A stretch of 60,257 nucleotides of DNA, counting the filler, from Sluysia triapertura (Eukaryota): NCBI GenBank assembly GCA_046118255.1. It is 4 parts of 4 records of this genome, joined end to end, with 100 filler letters (N's around TTAATTAATTAA, not from the genome) between each part and the next. Parts side by side here need not be neighbours in the genome. Positions count along the whole stretch, not along the records: positions 36,189 to 49,127 come from JBJNIA010071062.1; positions 49,228 to 60,257 come from JBJNIA010189886.1; 2 more parts are not named here. The stretch is one strand, 5' to 3'. Shown piece by piece: positions 37,460-52,249 of the stretch. The notes beneath the pieces were generated by a model. It did not search any database. It was not told where the DNA came from and saw nothing but the letters and a program-made list of their open reading frames with translations. Positions within the stretch are counted from its first letter, which is position 1; each line of letters starts with the position of its first letter. A program made the position numbers and the translations under genes.

Positions 37460-38900
37460 TTAAGTAGTACATCGTTATACCCTGCGGACGTAAGGTCCCA
37501 TACAAAACTAAACGCCAAAAATTAATATAAAAAAATAATTAAAATTATTATTTATTTTAATGATTGGGGACTTAATGTCCCTTATTAAAGTAAACACTAA
37601 GAACTTATAAATACATTTATAAATATATGTACTTATATAAGAACTGAAAAGCGCGTAGAATAAATCATTCATTATATACTTCTGAAACAGAAAGAACTTT
37701 GCCTTTTTTCTTAAATATTTCATAATCTTTCAGTAATTAGAAAATCTCTATTGTATATTTTTGAAACATAAAGAGTATATAGCATATCACCTAACTTATT
37801 ATCACTGTGGATTCTGTATAGATTATTATGTCTCAATGAAATATCAATCTTGGTTTCCAATTTTTTATTATTCAGGATTTTGTATGTAATGTATTCTAGT
37901 CTTTTTTTATTGCAACGAATGTAATTCCTTAAGATAAGGTGTTGCAAATCATTGTTAAAGTCAATGTTGGTAGTTATCAATGAATGAACAATAAGTTTCT
38001 TTATTAATAAACTTTCGAATATGTGATATTTTATTTAATTGATATTTACACTTTTTAACAATACAATATTATCTTCCACGTTCATTTTTGAATCCATATA
38101 ACAGCCTTTATTTCGAACTTCTTACATCGCATCTAGTGTGTCCTACCATCTACAATTAACTTTGTTTCATTTATTTTGGTATTGTGGCTATTTTTATTAC
38201 TGAAGATTATAAAGACTGACTTCTTCATTGTTGTAAAATTGCCTTTCAATCAATTTTAGTAAGAGTGTTATATTTGATAGGGGTCTGTAATTATTTAAAA
38301 GTAATGGATTACCATGTTTTAGATGAGGTAATATAACGGATACTTTTTCACTTGAAGGAAATTATAGACTTATTACTAATTTTAGAATTATTAATAATTT
38401 TCAATAAAATCGGAATAACTTTAGTCAAATTGAATTATTTCTGATAAGTTTAGTTTGTAATGGGTCAGTAATTTGCATTAAATCATCATCATTAATTTTC
38501 TTTAAAATTCGTTTATGTTCTTCTTCTTTTGCACTTCTAATTTCATATTTGATTTATTAATGATATTTCGTATGTTCCACTTTCGACAAAAAATTTTGAG
38601 TCATTTGACGCAATTTTATCATTTTCAAAATGATTTTCATTTTGTTTATTTAATAATCTATAAATAACTTTAATGTCTTATTATAAAAATCAATTTTTTT
38701 CTTTTTAATAGTATATTTTGTGTATTCATTCTTTGTTTCATCAGTTTTTTTACTTTTCCATTTCTTTTCTTTGCAGCGCTTTATATCTTCCGTAACTCAA
38801 TAATCTCATAATCAAACCCAATTTCTCATCACCACATTTTATAACATTTTTGTATTATAGAGTTGCATATTTATTTAAATAAAAGGATAATGGTATCTGT
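37460..38900 (-). mobile_element. CR1/L2-type LINE relic (RT N-terminal part and 3' end)
   Basis: PSSEKVSVILPHLKHGNPLLLNNYRPLSNITLLLKLIERQF at about 38233-38360 is the LINE RT NYRPISLL motif. ORF 37720-37980 fits a LINE C-terminus. Confidence 0.75.
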
Positions 38901-39779
38901 TGTATAAATTTTTATTGACTGTAAAATTTATAATTTTTCAAACTATACTAAGCTCTTCAATATTGTTCGATAAATTTCTGTATTTAATCTTTTTATACCA
39001 AACACAATTTGTAATCTTAAATTCTACTTTAAAAGTAAATAATAATGATCAGATATATCTAATAGGTCATTCACGTTTTTATCACTAACGATATTACTAT
39101 AAATATTGGTTATTAATAAATCTTATATCTTTACACAGAAAATACTATTAAATGATAAAATGGTTTAGAAATAAGTGAAAATCAATTTTCAAAATTTATA
39201 ATATTCAGCACTGAAATAAATAAAATAGTTATTTGTAAACGTTACGTTGTTAGAAAACTTAAAGTACGGAACACAAGATCCTACGTGGAAGAAAATATTA
39301 TTTGTATTGTTAGTGTAAATACCAATTAAAGAAAACCTGAATTAGAAAATTTATTGCTAATGATTTAGCAATAATTTATTAATTGATAATAATACAGATA
39401 TTGCATTCAATTCCATATGGAAAATTGCAATTACAGGTGAATCAATCAGCAAGATCTCGTAAGAATTACAGGAAATAATTCAAAATTATGACGATAATAG
39501 AATCCTTAATATCTACTGGGAATAAAAAATTTGTAAACCAAAAAGAATGTCTTTAAGATGAATATTTGTTTCTAAAATATATAACAAATTGCCAAAAAGT
39601 GCTACATTGCTAGAAAATTACGAATGATTTACATTAAGACTATATAAATTAATAAAACTAAGGAACGCTTCTTTACAACACTATATCCAACATATTATTT
39701 AAATAATTAAATAAAATCCATATTTATCGTGCAGTTACAAAATGTAGTAATTCTCGAAATTAACACAAAACATTTACTA

Positions 39780-40475
39780 AGTGATAGATTTTGAAATCAA
39801 ACCAAATGCTTCAAATATTAATGGAAAGGGTTCATTGCCAGACATCTAAGAATAAGATTTAATATCATTTAAATGTTCCACTAGTTAGAGTTGTAATTGA
39901 ATCGAAGCATACTCAATTTTATATTTTCAATCATATATGAATTATCACTTTAAATTCATAACTGATGTATTTCAATGCATTCAGTTCGATTTTTAAAAAA
40001 TCTGAAATGTAAAAATAACATATTTCATGAAATTACGATTCAAGAACTTTGTCACATTCATAATTTTGATATTTCAACAATTGTTCCATAAGATAATTGA
40101 CAACTTTAGGTACACTTCTTGCTTCTTCTGGTGGTTTATTTTGGGAAACTTTCTTTTCAGCTTCTTCATCAGCTTTACGAACCAAATCAACTTTCATTTC
40201 CGTTAAATTAGCTTTTTTTTGTGATCCGTAAATGCAGTTTTGGTCTTTTTAAAGTTCTTTTCTTTTGTTTTTGAATTCAATGTTTCATCATATTCATATC
40301 TTTTACGTTCATCTAATAAAATGTCAACAATGAATTTTAACTCTTGAAACTTTTTAGTCGTTCTACCATTGTTTTTATCAGGATGCAATTTTTTGCTTAA
40401 TTTTTTATAAGCTTTTTTAATTTCATCTGCAGTTGCATCTTTTGATACACATAAAAATGCATAATAATCTTTCAT
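39780..40475 (-). pseudogene. J-domain protein (DNAJC17/Cwc23-like), frameshifted
   Basis: DYYAFLCVSKDATADEIKKAYKKLSKKLHPDKN is an intact J domain with HPD. After an A8 run another frame continues (EMKVDLVRKADEEAEKK), then a short GT-AG intron and an exon with stops. Confidence 0.7.
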
Positions 40476-40589
40476 AAACGGTTATACAAATTCAATAAAT
40501 AAAAAACTTTTTATTTCAATAATAATAGCTTTTGTTGCTTTTATGTTTTTAATGCTTAGCAATTATGTATCATTATAAAAATTCAATAA

Positions 40590-40840
40590 AAAATACAATA
40601 AAAGGCAGTGCTACAGTGTTGATGGAGCGGCAATAAGCGTTACATGTTAAAAAGTATTAGAAAAATGATTTTGATGAAAAGGTTTTATTATGTGTTTGTA
40701 ATCTATCTGAGATAAGATGTGATACTGCGGATGTTTAAACTTGTTTTATTTTAATGTGATTTGTTTGCGATGAGTTGGTGTAATTGATGGTGATAGTGAA
40801 TGAAATATGTGATATATGTTGTAGTGTGACACTACAAAGA
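40590..40840 (-). mobile_element. Solo 3' fragment of the 32670-34540 element family
   Basis: The reverse complement aligns with 34280-34530 (CTACAACATAT..CACATATTTCATTCACTAT, GCAGTATCACA, GTAACGCTT.TTGCC, CCTTTTATTGTATTTT). Confidence 0.8.
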
Positions 40841-41276
40841 TTAATTCAATTTCAAAATTAATATGGAAAAATATCGGTAAGTATCAAATAATTTTAAAAA
40901 TATATAAATAGTTTGACACTCAATAAAAAAGGACATTAATCGTTAAACAATTATTTGAAGAATCAAGGAAAGATTAATTGCTCGAGCATCTGATTTGGAA
41001 ATCAAGGGAATTTTTAATTATTATTCAACAGTTGATCATTTGGAGAAAAACGTGCAACTGCTGGGACTATACTTTTAAATTAATTGACAAAATCGAATAA
41101 TGTTTTGGAACTAGACATCAATTTGCAGATATTTTTTCATAAGTATGCTATTTTTGTTAAGGCATTGTACTGATATATTTGCATTAAAATCAACTTAACA
41201 TCTTTTCATATTCCACTCAAGCATTCGCCTGAGATAAAAACAATCTAAATTCAATTATTTGATAAAACTCAAGGAG

Positions 41277-41278
<2 letters not shown>

Positions 41279-41312
<34 letters not shown>
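41279..41312. repeat. (AT)n microsatellite
   Basis: Direct reading. Confidence 0.95.
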
Positions 41313-41316
<4 letters not shown>

Positions 41317-42219
41317 TTATTATATTCGAATTTTGCATACATACATTTGTTAGTAATTTATTTTTCTTTGAATAATACATTTTGTTATTTTACTTCTTTG
41401 ACTTCAGTGTAGGTAAATTGACTTTGTACAGTAGGCTAAGTAGTATAGTTAATTAATTAAGCAAAACCTAATAGATTTAATTGATTTTAAGTTAATTAAA
41501 ATAAATAAAGTAAAATATAATAGTGTATTAACCCTCAGATTGAGTCAAATAAATTTATATTATCGCAAGATTGATTAAGGAATCTTTAACGTATCTTTTG
41601 ACATTTGACACCATGTGAATGCGTCTTTGTGCTCTATAAATCGTATATCATAGGCGAACCCGAAGAAATTAATAATATCATAATTGTTTAGTAAGAAAAT
41701 CTGAACAAATCTAATGCATTTTCTACTTTATGCAGTATAATAGTCAATAATAAAGTCAAAAACAACACTTGAATATATTTTAAACAATCTATAAAATAAC
41801 AATTTTCTGAAAATGAAATTATTAATAATTACCAAAAAAGAAATTAAAATCTATAATAATCATAAATATCAATCCTAATTTAATTATATCTAAATTAAAA
41901 TAAACAGAAATCCCGTAAAGCAACAAAATTGTCTACTAAATGTGAGAGAGTGAATCCCCCAAATATACTTTAGTTTTAACTAAATGTAGAAGAAAATAGA
42001 AAATGTTAGGACAAAGCATATCTTAATATTTATTTAAAATAAAATTTTTTTAAAGTAGCTCAATAATAAACTTTAAGTCACTATGACAAAATATTTCTTA
42101 ACAATATCTATTTAAAATAAGAAATTTACTTTAACCAGATCACTAACTACAAAATTTAACTATTATAGCAAAATATTCCTTATTAAATTAATATTTAAAA
42201 ATTTATTTTAAATAGATCA

Positions 42220-43060
42220 ATATGTGGGAATTTAAAGTAGAATAATGCAAAAGTTTAACGTGAGTCCACCAACGTACTGGGCTTACCAGTTAGGACCAGC
42301 CGTTAGATTTGTAGATAAAAGTAAAAGGTAAAAAGAATTGCCTCAAAATGTAGCGTAAGTTGAAATATTCTTTATCTAATTTTATTATTATTATTACTTT
42401 TTCGAATCTTTTAGAAGGTCTGGAAGTATTAAAAGTAATCAAAATAATTCAATAGGTATTTTAAGTGGATCCTATGAAAAGGATCTTTAATAGATATTTT
42501 ACGAAGTTAGAATTAAAATCTAACTAGGGAAATCGTTTCGAAGTATAAATTTTATATTTGAAACTATTTAATTTAATAATAGCAACAATAATTTTATGGA
42601 AAAATTTTATTAAGCAGTGAAAAATAAAATAAAATTTTACAAATTTGAATTATAATAATGATATAATTTTTTTCAATAAGATTTTTTTCAAAAGATTTTA
42701 CGAGGATCTGTTATAAGATCCAAATAATTATTAAGTAATTTGCGTATATTTTATGCTGACATCTTGTGGATATCTAAACCTTAATACAAATAAACTAACT
42801 GATTACTTTTTAAACGATTAAAGACGAATCTGACCAAGATGAAATCGATGCGTTAACTGCTTGAAAGTATTGTTTGTATTTCGACGAAACGGCCATAAAT
42901 GGGATGTGCGAATAATTTTAATGAGTGTTTTTACCAGTAAAAGAATTTTTGCTTAAAATTGTGTTGTTTCAGATCGTTATGAAAATTTTTGTGTGAAATT
43001 GTGATTTATGCTTACTTTATATATATAAATTTTTACTGACCTTGGCCAGGTCAATATTTC
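42220..43060 (+). repeat. Copy 3 of the 0.8-0.9 kb dispersed element
   Basis: Same blocks as 29270-30200; ends near the hairpin TGACCT-TGGCC-AGGTCA. Confidence 0.85.
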
Positions 43061-43952
43061 AAAATATATAAAATTTAATTTAATAAAACAAGATGCATAA
43101 ATTTTAGAAATTAATATTTAAAACATTAAATTACTTACAATTACAAAACAATAATATTAGACGTGCCGTTTAAAATAAATTTCAAATTAAAAATCCATAA
43201 AAACAATTATTCACATAAATTAAGTCCAAAAATCAATAATTGAATGTATAAATACGCAAGTACCAATTAAAAAATTAATAATTCAATATATAATGACCGA
43301 ATCAGTAACAACACATAATGTCTATCAATGTATGCATAACATAGAATAACATAATTATTGCAAGTGGTTTGAAACACCACAAAGGAGTCAAAATGTTCTG
43401 GAATTTTCCAAAAATTTGTAAGTATATGTATTAATTAATTTAATGAAAATTGTTTGAAAAACATTTTTACTCAATAAGTTTCTGCATAATACTTGCGTTT
43501 ATTTTACGAGATTAGATATTTTTGTTACACCAGTTGTATGGGTTTGATAATGCATACCTTTCTGACTTTTTATATAGTAGACTATTGAATTTATACATAT
43601 GGTTAGTTTAAACTATTATTTTACGGGTCCAATGAACTCGCAAGGGATGCAATGCATACTTACTCTTTTTGGTAGACAGAAAATTAAACATAATTCGATT
43701 TAAGAATATTTTAATAATGTATAATGTATTGCAGCATACAATATTAATATACAAAACTATTTATTATATTATTCCGAAGATGCACTATTATTTTAAACTT
43801 AATTTACCACATATGACCTACTAATTAGGTTATACTCTAATTTTTAATTTTACGAAGAATCAAATGACTAGAAAATTATAATAAAAGGAAATAATAATAT
43901 TATTATTAATAAAAATATAATAATGATGATAATAATTTAAACACTCATTAAA

Positions 43953-44240
43953 TCATTGATATACTTTTAATGCTCCATTAAAATCAGTCAAATAATCAGC
44001 GGATTGACCAGCTTCTATATTGATATCATTATTGAGATCGATCATATATTTAGATCTACATTTAGCTGCTCTTCTCATTACGTACATGCAGCAAGGATGA
44101 ATTGACGCATCTTTACTTTGCTCCTTGAAATCACAAGTATCCATATTACTACTAAATTTATCAATATTCTCATCATCACCACTATCGTCAATGTCTTCTA
44201 TTTTTTCAAAATAAAGTGTTTCTAATGAACTATCTGGCAT
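43953..44240 (-). CDS. Probable terminal exon of an unidentified gene
   Basis: 95-codon acidic, protein-like ORF directly after a TTCAG acceptor. No family recognised. Confidence 0.4.
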   Translation of the reverse strand: MPDSSLETLYFEKIEDIDDSGDDENIDKFSSNMDTCDFKEQSKDASIHPCCMYVMRRAAKCRSKYMIDLNNDINIEAGQSADYLTDFNGALKVYQ

Positions 44241-46099
44241 CTGAATTCAGATAATTATAATAGTAACTTTACTACACCATTCAAAGTTAAAAATTTAAAA
44301 ATACATTTGTTTATTTAGAGTTTCATTAGTAAAATAAATCTGTTTTAAGAAATTCAAACATATCATCTCATTAAACGAAAGTACAAACTATATTTAACCT
44401 TATAAATATTAAATATAAATTACAATGTAATATCTTAGAAAGATATCAAACATCAAATAATACTTTCCACGATATCTCATAGTAAAATATAAAGTTATCT
44501 CGAATTGAAATGTTATAGTTACTGGGTTATGTTATAATTCAATTAATTATATTGTACGTAATTGATGAGTCTATCAATGCATGAAACTAAGAAATTGATA
44601 TTTACGAAAATAATTATATCCAGGTGAACATAATACATATTTGATATTTTATTTATGTAAAATTCACAATAACATAGAACAGAAATTCTATTTGAACCAT
44701 AAAGAAAGAAGTAAAACGAACTAAGACATGATGATATAATAATAATATTATTAAATATTAATTTATTTTGTATAATACACCTGGTGGAGTCAAATATAAT
44801 TGAAAAATATTCATTCAAAAATCAATTAAAAAATTAAACTTAATTTTTTAAATTTAAATTGAAGTTAAACAGTTGCCATCTTTAAACAAAGAAAATAGTA
44901 TGTAAACAGAACCAATTCTACAATAAGCACGCAAATAAAAAAATTCACAAAACCAAGAACAAGCTCCATTTCTTCGTGAAATTCAAATTTATTAAGAGAA
45001 TCTTTATAACAAGATCAATGACTGGATAACAAATAAAAAGAATAAAATACATTATCTGGAATCAAAAAACATTATCACTAGTTTGAATTGTATTAAGTTT
45101 ATCACCATTTAACGGCGAATAAAACACTAAAAATCTTTCAACAATCTTTCACGGAATTTTTACAAATTAATTATGCTATATTTAAAGGTACAATTCTTTA
45201 AATATTTAACTTTATTTTGATATTGTTTTTTATTATTTTTGATATTGATAAATTTTTAAAATCTTTGTACACTTTGATTAAAATATTAATTTCAGTTATT
45301 TGAGAATTATATCATAACCCCAAAAAAGCATATGGCGTTTTCACTTCATTTTAAAATAGAGTTAAAATCCTAAGAAATTAATTATAAAATCATTCAAAAG
45401 CATTACCAAATTTTGCCTCTTGTTTTAAAAAGAGTAAAATCATTTTTTGTTTACCTCATTTTAAAGAGGTTAACGATTATTAAGAAATATATTAGTGTTG
45501 ATTACATATATTAATAAATAAATTAACTGTTTGAATGCACTAGATAAGCATTCTTAATGATGCATAAACCCTTAATGATGGATAAACCCTTATTCCTAAA
45601 TCTTAACTCAAATTTAATTTAATATCATGTAACTATTAGGCGATAGACTAAATGGAATTTTAAAATAATAAATTATTTAATTATTTTAATAATTAAAAAC
45701 ATTAATTATTTATAAATAAAATAAATTGTTTAACGAAGTTTTATTTTTTCCTTACATAAAAAACTGTAATTTTTTAGTTTTTTAAATTTTAATTATTATA
45801 ATCATCGAATTGAGAAAAGTTTACCGGCTCAAAAATCGAATGAAAGAAAATATGAATGCAAATAATATAGTGTTTAAGTTATGTATTTAATTAATTGTAA
45901 AATTTTAGTTAAACATATCAAGAATTTGTGATATAAAATATGTGAGAGCAGAAATCCATCTTAAGAAATAATAATAATAATAATAGTAATGTAACATAAT
46001 ATTAATCAATTTTTAAATAACACTAAAATTAATTTGAAATAAAAACCCAAAATAAAAGAAAATAATCGTTAATTATTATTAATGTACTTTGCTATTAAT

Positions 46100-46290
46100 A
46101 ATTTGTTATTGGTAATTACTATAGACTATACAGAATTTAAATTCTATTTGTAATTATTATAGTTAGACTATTTAAATTACATCTATTTGTTAATTATACA
46201 GAAGTTAGACTATACAGAATTTATTTGTTATTGGATTTAGACTATATTTATTATTGACTATATTCATTACTTCGTTATTATACATGAAAT
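46100..46290. repeat. Degenerate minisatellite, unit about 40 bp
   Basis: ATTTGT(T)A...TAGACTAT recurs four times. Confidence 0.65.
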
Positions 46291-47416
46291 ATTAGATTAT
46301 ATTAAAATAAAAAAGTATAAAAGGAGAACTAGGATTACGAAAAACGACAACTTACAATTTAGATATATGTCAACCTCCTTTGAAAGTAAAAAACAATAAC
46401 CCACGGTATTGAAAAATATTCAAACGTGAAAACAACGGTAATTGTGACGTGGAAGGAGTGTAATTGTTGGTATTGACAATAATCGAATCAGTAAGCAACT
46501 GTTTATTTTATTTTGGGTTAAAATAAATTCTATACATAAAATTGACTTTGTAAATTTTTTATTTAGTGTCATATATTTGAGTAAATATATATTTTTTAAT
46601 GAAGAATAAATAATTTGTTATAATTGATTTTCTTTTATCGTTGTAAAATTAATCGAGAGTAGGGTTACTACAGAGGACTTCATAAAATAAATTTTAATTC
46701 ACGTTTCCATTCCCGGACATTGGAACGAGTATTAGAGCTCCGATCTCTCGATATTAATAACACGCTTAATATTAGTAGATATAGAAGTGTTAATTTAAAC
46801 GATTATCGTTGTGAACAAATATAAGCTGCTCTTGTCTTTGTAAAATTATACAAATACGAACAATTTAATGCAATTTGCGCAAAATGTAATAGTTTTTTTA
46901 ACTTGTCAATCAATTGTGCATCAACTAATTAATCCTTGTCTGATTACTAAATTTCTTGTTTACTCACTTGTTTAATTTTCAACACCGCAGAATTATGCAA
47001 ATAAAATGGCACTCTTTATTATCTTTGTATCTCTTTATATAGTAGAATGACTACAAAGAGCCATATTAATAAATTTAATACATTTAAAGTATTTGTTATA
47101 GAGATTCTTTTTAATTAATTTTCAAAATAATTAAATTTTATTTTTAATTTTAATATAATTGTAATAATAGTTTTTTAACTAATAATAATTTTAATAATTT
47201 TTGTAATGTTTGTAATTTTAATAATATTCATAATTTTTACAATTTGTAAAACACATAACATATAAAATATAAATAAATTTTATATACAACTTTTCCATAA
47301 ATAAAAATGTTATTTTTTTATTTACAAATACATCCCATCATGGGAAAATTGACCCTCAAATCTTAGAAAAAATCATAAAAGTAAACAAAAACAAATCAAA
47401 TATTGTTAATGATCAA

Positions 47417-48515
47417 TTAACCACATAATCAATGATGTAGTCGTCAAGATCAACCGTGGCACCATCGTCAATCGATTCTGTCGTATTCGAATCGTGCTGG
47501 AAATTTCTCCCCATGTAAGACTACAGAGGGAATGTTGTGCCAGTTATTTCACGCGAATTGTCGATTGGAGGAGACGTCGGTGGTGAGATATTATATCGGC
47601 CTGACCAAGCGAAGGAAAAAGAGGGAAGTAAGCTACAATTTGGAATAAAAGAAAGATCATGCTCGCGAATATAGTCGAATAAATGGACCAACTCAGTCGC
47701 CATCCGCAAACAATCGAATCGTGGCAGAAATGGATGTAAAAGCTTAAATGTCTGCCGCGAACGAGCCATAATGCTTGGAGCAGGAAGAGAGACTAGATTA
47801 TGGTTAAGGCTGGGTTTAAAAGTTACTAAAATTTGTCGTGAAAATGAGTTAAATAACTTTGGGTATCAAATATCTTTCGCCGACTTCAAATCGTCTTCCT
47901 TAAGACCGTGCACATCAGTACGGAAGTTAGACATTCGGCAATAAGTCGAATATTGGTTTCAACGTGATAATACCTATTATACAATGTGCAGGCCAATTGA
48001 ATGATTCTTGGCGTGGTAACAGGCTACAAATAAAATTCGAACACAGATGAGGGCTTATGCGTGAAAAAATAACCCTCTGTCCATCGAGCGATGTTGTCTC
48101 CAACTTTCTCATAAAGGTTAGCCAAAAATGAATGCAACACTTTAAGCGAAAACTGAAAAAGAGCTAAAGATGTTGGAACTTCCTGAGCTTCAATATAAAT
48201 TACACAACGTTTGTTTAATTCGGACAAAGCATTTACTAGATGAGGTGCTAGTCTAAGAGTAATTGTGCTCAGTGTAGACTTTCGTGATTTTATTGATGGC
48301 TGCGTGATAATTATAGAGCAATTGTAACTTGATGTATTAGTTGAATGATTGTGTGATCGTGCGGTATCAGTAATATAGGTAACCTCAAAATTATAAGTGT
48401 CTAAATTTCTTTCCATTATAGATGTCGCAACTTTTAACGGTAGGGGAAGAATCGAAAAGAAAGAAAAGATAGTGAAAATGAAAACGGTGAGTACAGGGTT
48501 TGGTGACAACGCCAT
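47417..48515 (-). pseudogene. Intronless orphan gene relic with a hydrophobic signal-like N-terminus
   Basis: GC-richer 1.1-kb island. MALSPNPVLTVFIFTIFSFFSILPLPL start, in-frame TAG stops and frameshifts, acidic C-terminus. Confidence 0.5.
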
Positions 48516-49478
48516 ATTTTTGAGAGTTCTGAGGGAAATTGGACATACGGTCAGGTTGTATATTGAAAATTTGTATATTTTATACGTATTTATAAAATTT
48601 ATGTATTTGTTTTATGTATTTTATTAAGTAATTATTTTTATTATACAAATTTTAATAAAATATTAAATTTAAATATTTTTAATTTTGGTATAAAAAAATT
48701 AATTTTTAATATTAATATGAAACAAATTTTAAAATAAATATTAACTCAAATATTTTAAATTTTACTTTAAAATTTAATGCAAAATAAATTTTAATTAGTT
48801 CTTTTTTTACAAGTTTTATTAAATACTTTAATTAATCAATTTCAAAAATTAAAGTATTAATATAAATAGTTTTAAGTTTATTCAAGACAAATTTAGATAA
48901 ATTTAGAAGTGAAAACTCAGAAGATTTACATTCTGTTAATTGTACTAAATGTCGATGATAAAGTAATTTTTTCTTTATTAGGTTGTAAAATTCACCTTAT
49001 AAGGGAATTTTAAAATCCACTAAAAATCATTTTATTTTTTAAGCAAGAACTTAACTCATAACTGGCCACTAAAAATTCTTAATCGACTATTTGATGGCAA
49101 CACAAACAAAGTTATTCTGTCAAAAAANNNNNNNNNNNNNNNNNNNNNNNNNNNNNNNNNNNNNNNNNNNNTTAATTAATTAANNNNNNNNNNNNNNNNN
49201 NNNNNNNNNNNNNNNNNNNNNNNNNNNTAATAACCATGGTACATTTAAATTTCGGATTTTTAATTTGTACTTTTGATAAATAATAAATTAGTAATGTTTT
49301 TGTAATTAATAATAATAATAATGTTATTTTCATAAATAAACTAAAAAATAAATAACACAAATAAACTAAAAATAATGATAATTAATTTATACAATTTTAT
49401 TTCACTGTTCTTTTTTTTTAAAAAAAGAATTATTTATATTATACTAAAATTTGTATAATATTAATAATAATTTACTAC

Positions 49479-49515
<37 letters not shown>

Positions 49516-50723
49516 TGATTTTAATTTTCTTTTAAACTTAATCAAAAAATTAATTTTATTAATCTTATTCAAATAAGAAAAATAATATCGCTTACTATTT
49601 CAACAAAGTCGAAATTTTTAATTAAATTTTGTGCAACATATAATCAATTATTAGCCACAAATCAGTTCTTTAATTTAGTAATAAAACAATTTTAACTTCA
49701 ATAACAAATCAATTTTAACTCAACATGTAATTCAATTTGTCAAATTTTTCTTCGATTATAAATCAAATGTAATTCAATGAACCAATTTTATCCTCAATAC
49801 TTATAATCAATTTTGTCTTCTAATAGTGTTTGTTTTATTTTTATGACAGTGGTTTTTATACTACCTTTTATTAACATTAAGTAATTAATTTTTGTATCTA
49901 TAGTTTAATATTTTGTATGAATAAGTAATAGTTATACACACTAATATTTAAACATTCACTTCTAGTAATAGTTAATAATTAAGTAAAATAAATAATAATA
50001 AGTAATAGTTAAACATTCACTTTAGATATAATAATAACTAGTAATAGTTAATAATTAAGCAACATTAATTTTCTATCTGAATAATTTATTTTTATGTTCT
50101 ACCTAATCTTTAATTTAAATTAATTTTAATCGAGAATAACTTTTTTAAATTTTGATTACGTGCAATTTTTATTCATTCTTATTTTAAGATGATTTTTGTC
50201 GATTACAATGCTTTTAATTTTTGATATCACATTATTCTTTCACTCTGCTTAATCTTTAATTTAAGTTATTTTTGATCGAATATAATGTTATTAAATTTCG
50301 ATTTCATATCACTGTTATTGATTCTTAATTTGAAATGATTTGTTTGATGTTTATAAATTGTAATTTTATATTGTCTTTATAAAATCTCATTTTATAATGA
50401 ATATTTATACAATTTCAATTTAAAATTGATTGTTATTTGTTATCAAATTTATATAAATTCTATGTAATCTCATATAAAAGCATTATAATCTCAGTGATAA
50501 TGATTTTAATTTTATTTTGAAAATAAAGTAAATAATTTTAAATTAAAAATGAATAAAATTTAAAAAATTAAATAAGTGAACATTTTATTTAAAAATTTGA
50601 AAAATAAATGAATTTATAATTTATTAGATATTTATTGTTATCATAAAATTTATTAACCAATACTCGTGGTTGGAAGGGTGTTACGCATTGCCAGCACGAA
50701 TATATTCATGATATATTATATAG

Positions 50724-52160
50724 TACAGCCTGTGGAATTTACAAACCTTTTATGTCCACAAATATAAATGTGCAAGTGTTAAAACTTGAACAAAAGTTAC
50801 AAATAAATTTATTAGGCATTTATTATTCACGAATTTCATAGTTCAGCATTCATTTACATTATATTTGGCTCAATTACATTTACTCAATCCACACATTCGT
50901 AATTAATATTATATTTGGCTCACCATTGACTTCATTCATCAACTTTACATTTTATTAAAATTAGACATCGTTAAATTTATGTACAATTCATTATTTATTA
51001 AAATTCAATTTTATAAATTCAAACATCATATGTGTTAGATTAATTTATTGCAATTAGAATTTGTAATTTTAAAAATTCGTTCAAAATAAATATTTTTTGA
51101 ATAACATTAATTATAAAAGTTATTAATTATTAATTTCCATGTAAAAGTGTATTTTATTATGAATTTAATTTTTTTCGAATTTATTTTGATCACAATTTAA
51201 ACATTTGTAAAATGAAAATATGCATGCTGTCATTTTATTTGTTAATATTTATGAATAATTTATAAATTTCGTTATTTAATAAAATTAAAATATTTTCAGA
51301 TGAAATAAAACTTATTCAAGAAAATGCATCAGATGAAGGTTAGTATGTTCGATTTCTTCCGTAATAAGATAGACTTAATATGTAAGGTTATGACAAGCAG
51401 ATTTTTATTAATGAATAAACCAGTGACGTAATGAATAATATGATAAACGCCAAATACGTATTCAATAATTGTAACATGGAATCAAGTGGTCGTTTTTTAA
51501 TATTCATTAAATCTGGCAATAATTAAAATACAGATGGTACTGTAGTAGCAAGAATTTGATTAAATTCGTGTTTGAGAATTTTAGTGAGGATTTGTTAATT
51601 TTAAGGAATGTAATCTTAAAATATTTAGTTATATTTTTACTCTTGATTATTATATCAATATGCTTAAGAAACTGTCATAATATTATTTAAATTAAAGATG
51701 AAAAATAACAATATAACCTAATATATTAATAATAATTTCTAACTACGCTATATCTAATAAGAAATTGCACATTTATGGTTACTTATTCTAATAATAAAAC
51801 TAAAAAGCGATCGGTTTATATATGTACCTGTGATAAAAACACAACTCACAGAATTATATTCAAACACTCAATGACTTCCTCACCTCCGTCATAGGTCAAA
51901 TTGGATGCCGAAACTGGATCTTCCAACAAGACAATTGTTCAATCCATTGCTCCGCGGAGACAACTAAATGGTTTGAAGATAACCATATTCGGGTTTTGAG
52001 TTGGCCATCTTGTAGCCCTGACTTAAACCCCATTGAGAACCTCTGGGGTTTACTCGTTCGGAAGGTTTACCGCAATGGACGCCATTCTTTCTACTAGGGA
52101 AGAAATAAGCCTTGAGGAGATGAAAAATCTAGTTAGATCAATTATAGGTGCTTTGTTTTG
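50724..52160 (+). mobile_element. Tc1-family (DD34E) transposon relic
   Basis: IFSDE...SDEG*YVR near 51290. [11 protein letters not shown]...[23 protein letters not shown] at 51915-52070 has 34 residues between D and E. Candidate TA-CAG left end near 50724. Confidence 0.85.
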
Positions 52161-52249
52161 GCAGCATTTTATAGGGTATATCGAAGAAATTTGTTTTGAA
52201 TTAAGAATTACAATTTTAATGTTTATTTTAAAAAAATAAATTGAATTTG

